A stretch of 38,574 nt of DNA. Source: Trichomonas gallinae (taxonomy: Eukaryota). Position numbers and translations under genes: made by a program. The notes below the pieces were generated by a model. It saw only the letters and a program-made list of their open reading frames with translations, was not told where the DNA came from and did not search any database. Position 1 is the stretch's first letter; the number at the start of each line of letters is the position of its first letter. Shown here piece after piece: positions 30,631 to 38,574 of this stretch. The stretch spans positions 1 to 38,574 of the forward strand of contig MRSU01003756.1 of the NCBI GenBank assembly GCA_008369845.1, in the 5' to 3' direction.

Positions 30631-30960
30631 TAACACTATAATGATTTATTATTCACTAATATATTTGTGGTCAAAATCGTCCAGAAAAGGCAATTTTTAA
30701 AAGGCAATTAAAAAAAAAAATTGACAGCATGTCACATAATTTGACAAGTAAATTATACAAAATTCTAATGAATATGACAATCTGTCATGTAAAACCAATA
30801 TCCTAACTTCTTGTTATATATTGTCTATAAATTGAATCAATTTTAACACTCCAATGCTCTTATTTGATTTATATTTGCCTCGGTTTTTGAGTTAGGATAT
30901 TGGTTTACCAAATCATTGATGTATCACAGAAATGATGTCGCAGATTAGTTTTTGGGTAGA

Positions 30961-31248
30961 ATGGAATGCGAAATAATTATTTCGGCGGAAGTATTTGAAT
31001 CCGCAAACATCCAAGCTCTCATTTTTAGTATTAATAATCAAAGCACAGGGATCAACAATGAATTTCATTCATATACTGTGTTGCATCGTGTTTGCGATCT
31101 TGGCTCAAGAGTCTTTGTTGATTTTTGTCTTGAAAATGATGCCAATATAACAAAGAAAACACACGATAACGAGACTCCATTAGATTGGACTGCACAATCT
31201 GATAACCACGATATTTGCAAGCTTTTCACCGATAAAGGTGCCAATTAA
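30961..31248 (+). pseudogene. Short ankyrin-repeat ORF, truncated or decaying
   Basis: YTVLHRVCDLGSRVFVDFCLENDANI and ETPLDWTAQSDNHDICKLFTDKGAN* give two ankyrin repeats with several consensus breaks; it could still be a small expressed CDS. Confidence 0.65.
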
Positions 31249-31537
31249 ATTGACAATGTTGTGCAGCATTGAAAAAATTTGCATATTTATTTAATACATA
31301 AGAAAATCTTTCTTCTCATGATTTTTGTAAACACAAATATATTTCCAAAGCATGTTCCTTTAGAAAAATCATAGTAAACTAAATATTATACTTCTGCACA
31401 TATAGTGATTGTATTATAAAAATGTTAAGAGTTGAAATCCATGAGGGGTGATTTTTGTATAATAAAATACTATACGTGTCAATCTAATGATTTTTGTCAA
31501 ATAATTAATTATACATGTCAAAATTTTTAAATCTCTA

Positions 31538-32797
31538 ATGTTGGGAAATGTATATATACGATTCCCAAAGATTGTAATTACTGATGCGAAATTGCAAGAA
31601 ATCGAGTCATTTCAACTTTTTGTCAGTCAATTAGCTCTCAGCGATACGTATAATATAAAATTAGAAGGGAAAAATGAGTTTTCATCAGACTCAATATGCG
31701 AATTTCCAAGCTTTAGTAAAATAAAAACAGGATTTTCGATTGTTTTGGCTAATGAAGATAGATCAATCGAATACGCAAGAGTAGCTCTGCCATTATCATG
31801 GTTTGAAAAAAATACGATCGTCACACAAGAATTTACAATGATATCTGCTGATTCTGGTACGGAAATAGCAAGAATTACAACTCAAGTTCATCAAAATGCA
31901 AACGGAGCTTATCCATTCCAAGCGCCACCGGGACAGCTTCTTGGAACATTAACAACACCACCAGAAAAACGCCAATTACCAAATATTCCAGAATCAGCTT
32001 ATATCGAGCCACCATTTTTACAACAGCAAAGACAACAACAAGCACAAGCACAGTCCCAACAACAGATATTTATTCAAAATCCGCAGTTTCCGAATAAAAT
32101 TTCTCAACAACCTATTTTCATTCAGCAACCCCAGATTCCTCAACAGCAATTCATTCAGCAACCCCAGATTCCTCAACAGCAATTCATTCAGCAAGGCATT
32201 CCACCACAAGCTTTCGTGCAAACGCAACAATTTCAAAATTCGCCACAAATCGTTTATATTCAGTCACCGCCACAGAATCCTGAGCAGAAGAATGTAAGTC
32301 AACAGGCCCCGCCACAAAATTTCGGCCAATCTCAAATTATTCAACAGCCAATTTATATTCAACAGCAATATCAGCCACAGGCACCTCAGGGCTACAAAAC
32401 TGTTTCCCAACCACCTTCAACTGCTCCAAATCAAGCAAGAACTCAACAACAAATTTATCAAAAATATCCGCAACAATTTATCCAAACGCCTTATCCAGCA
32501 CATGAGTTTACCCAAGAAACACAATTACAAACGCCTATATATTTAATCCAGACACCTCAAGGTTTAGTTTATGCTCAACCAAGTTTCATTCAAGGAGGAA
32601 ACTTTGCATATCCTCCAGGCGCCTATCCAATACCAGCGCAATATCAAACTGTCCAGCAGCCGCAACAACAAAGTGGAAAGCGAATTAAGAAACGAGTTCC
32701 AAAAAAGAAAGCTCAAGGAACCCCTCAAGAAGCGCAATTAAATCATGCTGATGGAGAGCATCCAAACCCCGTAGATCAACTACAACCAACTAATTAA
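31538..32797 (+). CDS. Divergent C2-like domain plus Gln/Pro-rich low-complexity protein (419 aa)
   Basis: Beta-rich ~125-aa N-terminal domain (EYARVALPLSWF...TQEFTM...ITTQVH) followed by a QP-rich tail and basic KRIKKRVPKKK. Confidence 0.7.
   Translation: MLGNVYIRFPKIVITDAKLQEIESFQLFVSQLALSDTYNIKLEGKNEFSSDSICEFPSFSKIKTGFSIVLANEDRSIEYARVALPLSWFEKNTIVTQEFTMISADSGTEIARITTQVHQNANGAYPFQAPPGQLLGTLTTPPEKRQLPNIPESAYIEPPFLQQQRQQQAQAQSQQQIFIQNPQFPNKISQQPIFIQQPQIPQQQFIQQPQIPQQQFIQQGIPPQAFVQTQQFQNSPQIVYIQSPPQNPEQKNVSQQAPPQNFGQSQIIQQPIYIQQQYQPQAPQGYKTVSQPPSTAPNQARTQQQIYQKYPQQFIQTPYPAHEFTQETQLQTPIYLIQTPQGLVYAQPSFIQGGNFAYPPGAYPIPAQYQTVQQPQQQSGKRIKKRVPKKKAQGTPQEAQLNHADGEHPNPVDQLQPTN
32117..32194 (+). repeat. 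Perfect 33-bp coding tandem repeat (2.4 copies; FIQQPQIPQQQ)
   Basis: ttcattcagcaaccccagattcctcaacagcaa at 32117 and 32150, partial copy at 32183. Confidence 0.95.
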
Positions 32798-33256
32798 TAA
32801 TAATTTATTTTTTATGTTTAATTAAAATTGTATGATATTGACACATTCGATCATCTAATCAGTTTATATATTTTATTTTTATAACGGTTTTCGTATAATA
32901 GACAAGAGCGAGGAGTCATATCTGCGTTTCCTCTCGTAACCTGTTCTGGAAATGCGACATCAGCGTATTCTTTTGCAGTGTCACTATCAATAAAACGATT
33001 AAGTACTGCATAAGTCACTCAATCTATTTCCTCCATCTTTTCGCGTTTTTATTGCACTTTTTACATCGCTTTACCAAACAGCTTCAGGCTATTGCGTATA
33101 TCATATCTTGCTTAGCAAATAATCAATGCGATGAATTATTAATATATTTATAATACCCGAATTACATCTTTTTTAGTTGATATATCAATAAAGCATGAAT
33201 AATTAAGGTTATAAATTAAAATATTTTAGGGTCTTACACTAAAAGTGACAATAAAA

Positions 33257-34861
33257 ATGAGTTCACAACAAGTTCAGCTACAGGAAGATTTTACGATAAT
33301 ATTTGAAGGCAAAAAATACCCTATAGTGAAATTCAAGGCGACATTATATTCTAAAAAGTTCAGAGATATGGTTGCTGGCACAGATTTGACATCTATTACA
33401 ATGGAAGCACCAGTTAAAGAGGAATATTTCGCGCAATTTGTCAATGCAATACAAGGAGAAGAGTATACAATTACAAGTGAAAGCGTTTATGATTTGTTTA
33501 GTTTAAGTTTGATTTGGAAAGTCGATACATTATACTCAGAACTCAGATCTTTCATAGACGAAGGCCCAGATGTCAACATGGTAATCAAGAAATTGCTAAG
33601 TACAGACAAAAAACTCGTTGATGGACTCGATGAAATTATTGCTATAAACTTTGATCGTGCTTTGAAGAATGATAAATTCATTAATCTTCCTCTAGACTTC
33701 ATAATACAGTGCATTGATAATCCAAACATCAAAATCAAAGATCAAACAAATTATTTTAAATTTGTTCAAAAAATGATGCAAATACATGGCAGCAAAGCCT
33801 CAGTTCTCTCAAAGAGAATCGATTTCTATTACTTAACACGCGATGAAGCCATTGCTTTCCTTGATAATCCAAATCTTGATCCTGAATTAGCAGCAGATTC
33901 TCTTATAAATCTAACAAAGCTCAGTGTATTAGAAACTACATTGATTGAGTCTAAAATAGAGAAAATGTATACAACAGTTTCATCACTTCACACTCCATCT
34001 ACATCTGTTGACACAATTCTCAAATGCATTGACCTGATTATGGATGATATTACAGGACTTGTCCAAAAAGTCAACGGAGAAGCTAAAAGCTTTAAGAATG
34101 ATGTTACTGATATTGAAAATCGTTTATCTATATTAGAAAAGCGCGAAAAAGACGAAAGAAAGAAACAAGAGAGAGAAATAGAAGATTTTAATGGCCAATT
34201 AAAGATTTTAGAAAACAAATACGAACAAACAAAAGTAATTATCGAAGAAGTCGCAGTTCCTGGCTCCCCGAAGTCTACAAAATCACCACAAAAGAATATT
34301 ATCATAGATGAAGCAGAAGCAGACATTTCTGTCGCTGAAAGACATTTGACAACTTATCCATTCAACCCTGAAGAGCCTCTTAATGGTGTTTTAACTGCGC
34401 TCACAGCATTGGCAAACGGAAATGTCAGTGAAAATGGCATTGTTAAGATATCTGCGAGTAGCAGTGATCATGGATCTCCATGGCAAGTTGCCGACAGGGG
34501 CTGGAATAACTACTGGTTCAGCCAAAATAAAACCGGTCAATACATTTTGTTTGATTTCATGCAGAGACAAATGATCGTTAATAAATATACGATCAAGACT
34601 ATCAAATTCTCTGAAGACAGCTGCCACTTGAAGTCATGGGCTGTTGAAGGATCTAATGATCTCATAAACTGGAATACTATAGATGAAAAAGATACAAATG
34701 AATTAAATGGATCAAACAAAGTTGCTTCATTTGACTGCCAGACAGATAATTCGGATTCTTATAGATATATAAGACTAAGAATGACTGGTCCAAATGCACG
34801 CGGCGACAATCTTCTCGCTTTGAATAACTTAGAATTCTTTGGATCTCTTGTTGATCTTTAA
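33257..34861 (+). CDS. BTB/BACK-like + coiled-coil + F5/8 type C (discoidin) domain protein (~534 aa)
   Basis: EDFTIIFEGKKY...SKKF (BTB-like), FINLPLDFI (BACK-like), coiled coil, HLKSWAVEGSND...W..ID and YRYIRLRMTGPN...LEFFG; ATG 33257 follows AAAGTGAC. Confidence 0.88.
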   Translation: MSSQQVQLQEDFTIIFEGKKYPIVKFKATLYSKKFRDMVAGTDLTSITMEAPVKEEYFAQFVNAIQGEEYTITSESVYDLFSLSLIWKVDTLYSELRSFIDEGPDVNMVIKKLLSTDKKLVDGLDEIIAINFDRALKNDKFINLPLDFIIQCIDNPNIKIKDQTNYFKFVQKMMQIHGSKASVLSKRIDFYYLTRDEAIAFLDNPNLDPELAADSLINLTKLSVLETTLIESKIEKMYTTVSSLHTPSTSVDTILKCIDLIMDDITGLVQKVNGEAKSFKNDVTDIENRLSILEKREKDERKKQEREIEDFNGQLKILENKYEQTKVIIEEVAVPGSPKSTKSPQKNIIIDEAEADISVAERHLTTYPFNPEEPLNGVLTALTALANGNVSENGIVKISASSSDHGSPWQVADRGWNNYWFSQNKTGQYILFDFMQRQMIVNKYTIKTIKFSEDSCHLKSWAVEGSNDLINWNTIDEKDTNELNGSNKVASFDCQTDNSDSYRYIRLRMTGPNARGDNLLALNNLEFFGSLVDL

Positions 34862-35350
34862 TTTGTTATGTTCTTTGTGTGTAATATATTTATGAATAAA
34901 TATTTGTTTTTTTTTTTTTTTTCACTATTAGGCAAATAAGCTGTGCAGTTCTGAGTTACTGTACCTTTATATAATATATTTATGGATGCATGTCTATCAC
35001 CAATCCAATTCTTGTAAAATATAATATTTTTTTTTTATTATATAGAATGTCTTAATAAATGATAAAGAAATATTAGGTTTACAACAGTAGAATTACTTTT
35101 ATACGCCCACCATATATTTGAATTTAAAACAAAAGATAAATTGAATTTTAAAAGCTGCCGATAAATTAGACACAAATTGATATATAAAAATTTATGTATC
35201 CTAAAGTATCTATAATTATGATATCTAAGCATTATCTCTGTAGGATAAAAATATATCTTTGTTTTAAAATTAATTATGATGATATTATGTTCTTTGTTCT
35301 GACTATAATATGAATATTTGGTTAAAATTTAATTTTGTTTGGAAGATTTC

Positions 35351-35380
35351 TCCCCTTTTTATTTTTGTCAGCCCCTATAA
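35351..35380 (+). promoter_or_regulatory. Single copy of the paired C-tract element upstream of the AGC kinase ATG
   Basis: tcccctttttatttttgtcagcccct is 23/26 identical to 29054-29079. Confidence 0.55.
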
Positions 35381-35386
35381 TACATA

Positions 35387-36694
35387 ATGAGTAAGAATGA
35401 AAGTTCTGAGGATATTGACGACATAATGGAACTGAAAGGCTGGCTCAAAAAGAAGTCACTTGGCGAGAAGAAGTGGGCCAAGCGATATACAGTACTAAGA
35501 GATAACATATTAGCGCTTTATTTTGATGAATCATGCAAAGAAATCGACACAACATACGAATTAAATCCTAATATGATTGTTGAACAACTTATAGACTCAA
35601 ATTCACCGAAATTCATGCTCACTCTCGAAGGTTTAGATCCGATCACATTTACTACAGATTCTAACGAGAATGTGCAAAAATGGATGACAGGAATACGAAG
35701 CTCTTTCGAGTCATCACCTGTCCTATCAATGAGCTCATTCGATATACTTCACGTGCTCGGAAGAGGCGCATTCGGAAAAGTCATGCTCGTTAGACACAGA
35801 ACTACGCAAAAACTATATGCAATCAAATCAATACAAAAGAGAAAACTCCTAGATGCAATGAAATCGCATACTGTCATTGCCGAACGAAATATCTTAATGA
35901 AAGCGCATCATCCCTTTATTGTCCAGCTTTTCTTCGCTTTCCAGAATCCATCCAAGTTCTACTTAGGACTGGAATATGTGCCAGGTGGAGAACTCTTCTA
36001 CCATCTCCAGAATCGAAAGTTTTTTCCAATCGAAGAAGTCAGGCTTTATTCGGCTGAAATTGCGCTCGCCTTGTCCTACCTGCACAGTATCGGCATAATC
36101 TACAGGGACCTCAAGCCAGAGAACGTCATGCTCGACAGCAGTGGCCACATAAAGCTCACTGATTTCGGGCTGTCAACAGAGATTTTCGAGCTCGATGGCG
36201 GCGATGACAACTTTTGCGGCACGAGCAGATATTTGTCACCAGAAATGATATACAAGCTGAAGTACACGCACAAAATAGACTGGTGGAGTCTTGGTGTGAT
36301 GATGTTCGAGATGATTTGCGGGAAGCCACCTTTTGATTCGCAGAATAGAACGAAACTTTATGAGTTGATTACACAGTCAAATCCTTTATTTCCTGAAACA
36401 TTCCCGAAAGAGGCAAAAGATTTGGTGTCGAAGCTTCTGACTAAGAATCCAAATAACAGGCCTGACTTTAATGGAATCAAGGACCACGTTTTCTTCAAAG
36501 GCATCGACTGGGACAAAGTATATAATAGAGAATATCAACCGAGTTTCGTGCCTACACAGACGACTCCCAACTGCGACTCTTGTTTCTTGCAGGAAAGTCC
36601 GGCAGATAGCATTGTTACTGCAACTTCCGCGCAGTTCCCTGACTTCTCATTCCAGGGTCAATCGTTGAATGACTCCTTCCAGGAATGGGACTAA
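35387..36694 (+). CDS. PH-domain AGC kinase, Akt/PKB-like (435 aa)
   Basis: PH domain (LKGWLKKK...WAKRY...WMTGI), GRGAFGKV, YAIK, YRDLKPEN, DFG, DWWSLG and hydrophobic motif FPDFSF. Confidence 0.93.
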   Translation: MSKNESSEDIDDIMELKGWLKKKSLGEKKWAKRYTVLRDNILALYFDESCKEIDTTYELNPNMIVEQLIDSNSPKFMLTLEGLDPITFTTDSNENVQKWMTGIRSSFESSPVLSMSSFDILHVLGRGAFGKVMLVRHRTTQKLYAIKSIQKRKLLDAMKSHTVIAERNILMKAHHPFIVQLFFAFQNPSKFYLGLEYVPGGELFYHLQNRKFFPIEEVRLYSAEIALALSYLHSIGIIYRDLKPENVMLDSSGHIKLTDFGLSTEIFELDGGDDNFCGTSRYLSPEMIYKLKYTHKIDWWSLGVMMFEMICGKPPFDSQNRTKLYELITQSNPLFPETFPKEAKDLVSKLLTKNPNNRPDFNGIKDHVFFKGIDWDKVYNREYQPSFVPTQTTPNCDSCFLQESPADSIVTATSAQFPDFSFQGQSLNDSFQEWD

Positions 36695-36859
36695 AAAAAT
36701 AAATAAAAATTCTGTTAGTATATTAAATTCAAGTTAATTTCTCATCACATATATTCGAATCAGTGAAACAGTTTAAATAATATATTTGATGGAATTCCAA
36801 AAAACAATAATATTTCCTTCAAATAAATTTTAATGTTATATGATCAACAAACATCATAA

Positions 36860-37909
36860 CATTTTATCCTTCTTAGCCCAACTATCCATAATGACCAGGC
36901 ACCAACTGACGTTTGGAAACAGTTCTATGATGACTCATTCGAAAAAATCAGATTTCAAAACTGCAACAATTGCAAAATCACCGCCATTGAAAATGATATC
37001 TACGTATATCAGTGCTCTTTTCAAAATCAGCAATCTGGCTCGATGTCGATTGAAGCAAATAATATTAGACTCCTTCATTCAGCATGTTTCTTTAACAAAT
37101 GTTTTAGAGTTACTAATGGTGGAGCTATATTTTTCCAATGCCAAAGCTCTATAATCCAGCATCGATTTTGCACAACTGAAACGATAACTGAAAAGTTTCA
37201 AAAAGGTTTGCATTCTTATACAAATTTACAAAATAAGGATGTTGATTTCCCAAACTATCTAATAGAATGCTCAATTTCAATGTGCTCACACCAAAATGCG
37301 CATAATTTGGTATATATGGCCCACGGGAACTGCGGAATCTTTTCTTCAAATATAACAAAATGTATTGTCTTTGATTACTCTGGTTTTCAGATTTATTATA
37401 CAAAAGGATTAACGAAAATAAATTTTACGACATTTAAATCAAATTTTGCAGCAATAAAATTATGTTTATCACATAATACGAATCAAGATGGATGTTTTGA
37501 GGACTATAAATGCAACATCATAAATAATGAGCATAATGATGTGAATGGAATAATATACACAGAAGCCCAGCTTTATATCAAAAACTGTACAATTCTTGGT
37601 CCTTATCGAAAAGGAATTCCATTTTCTACAAATTCTAATGGTTACTTATACTTGATAAACTGCAATGTTGACAGTTTAAATATATCTTCGGCTGATAATC
37701 AAGGAACTTTCAGCACGAATAACGTAAAATTTACCGATGAATTGAATCATTTGGCTCATTTATCAACATACAACTGCGTCGCTGAGATTAAATTAAACAC
37801 AAATGTGAAATTAATTGTTAAAAATGCGTTCACATGTTTGTGTGAATCTGGATGCAATTATATCTCTAGACTTTTTAATTACAGCATAATTGTCTATTGT
37901 TCTAAATAA
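36860..37909 (+). pseudogene. Cys/Asn-rich beta-helix-like protein gene with probably disrupted start (open frame 36860-37909; first ATG 37043)
   Basis: The frame of the 288-aa ORF stays open for 61 codons upstream (HFILLSPTIHNDQAPTDVWKQFYDDSF...) back to TAA at 36857; GGAIFF and FxxCxFxN-type repeats. Confidence 0.55.
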
Positions 37910-37999
37910 TCTATTAAATCATATTTTTATAATCCTTGCAAATACTTTTATTTAAATTAAAAGCACAAATATATCTAACTCTTGATCTCAGCTCTTTTA

Positions 38000-38098
38000 A
38001 TAGATGTTAAAGATTCAAAAAACAAAAATGACTAAACAGCTTTGATTTGTGCCTCAATGAATGATCATTTTGATACTATCAAATTCCTTCTATTTCCA
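38000..38098 (+). pseudogene. Single ankyrin-repeat relic
   Basis: IDVKDSKNKND*TALICASMNDHFDTIKFLLFP. Confidence 0.7.
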
Positions 38099-38574
38099 TT
38101 TCGCAGCTCATGGAATATGATCCAATTTCCTATTCTCATCATAAGATTATGAACTTTAAGGATGCCCTGCACTTCCATAGATATATTGCAAATATATAGT
38201 ATATATCATGGCTAAAATTTTAGCTCTTAAAAGTGAATATTCGGGAAGTTATAAATACTTTTATAAATTGAGAGGAAGTCGAAAAGCGACTTTTTTTGTA
38301 TTTTCTTTGAAAACTATATTAAAATATCGACTATACTGCAAGTAATAATAATCTTGTAATTTAAAATCAAAATTATATGTTTTAGGAATTTCAGAATATT
38401 TTATATCTCGTAACATATATGTAGATAAGGTGGCAATATCAAAAGAGGAAATAATATATAATTTTCTATTGCATTGTTATGTTTTTTTTTTTTCAAAGGG
38501 TTTCCGACTCATAACCTTATTCGAAAATTTCGACCCCGAGTTAATTCAAGTTAATCTATTAGATTGTTTAATAG

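Noticed and set aside
36840..37154. 104-aa ORF as the N-terminal half of a frameshifted gene
   Set aside because: The coding-like upstream sequence is in the same frame as the 37043 ORF, so this ORF is an off-frame shadow.
38498..38545. tRNA-Met-like CTCATAA and TTCGA sequences
   Set aside because: No anticodon stem pairing, D-arm or acceptor stem; it could be a repeat terminus, but the window ends.
1..38574. Spliceosomal introns or a non-standard genetic code
   Set aside because: All main genes are uninterrupted in the standard code; no ACTAACACACAG-type trichomonad intron 3' motif was seen; in-frame stops occur only in decayed relics and upstream of the disrupted 36860 gene.

Overview
AT-rich eukaryotic DNA with no detected introns, read in the standard code. 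It has short TCA-type initiators, AAAGTGAC just before several ATGs and TAA(A) stops, most consistent with a trichomonad such as Trichomonas; this is inference and the species cannot be fixed from sequence alone. About 15 intact genes are present: a type-I surface protein, P4-ATPase flippase, DJ-1/YajL, a bacterial-like PLP enzyme, two hypotheticals, an APC11/Rbx-like mini-RING, a Cdc15/SepH-like protein with a degenerate kinase domain, a MOCOS-like sulfurase, RMC1-like, Sec7-PH, DZIP1-like, C2/QP-rich, BTB-F5/8C and PH-AGC kinase proteins. A Cys/Asn-rich gene near the end has probably lost its start codon. The spacers hold many gene relics absent from the ORF track: an internally deleted MOCOS paralog tail-to-tail with the intact gene, about six ankyrin fragments and a possible Hsp70 relic. 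The most unusual signals are a phased array of paired C-tracts spaced exactly 20 bp apart, with a 23/26 copy in a second promoter; a recurrent intergenic TG(A/T)CATGTAAA motif; and several enzymes with substituted catalytic or regulatory residues. No rRNA, tRNA, CRISPR or autonomous transposon was found. All family assignments come from remembered motifs, not database searches.
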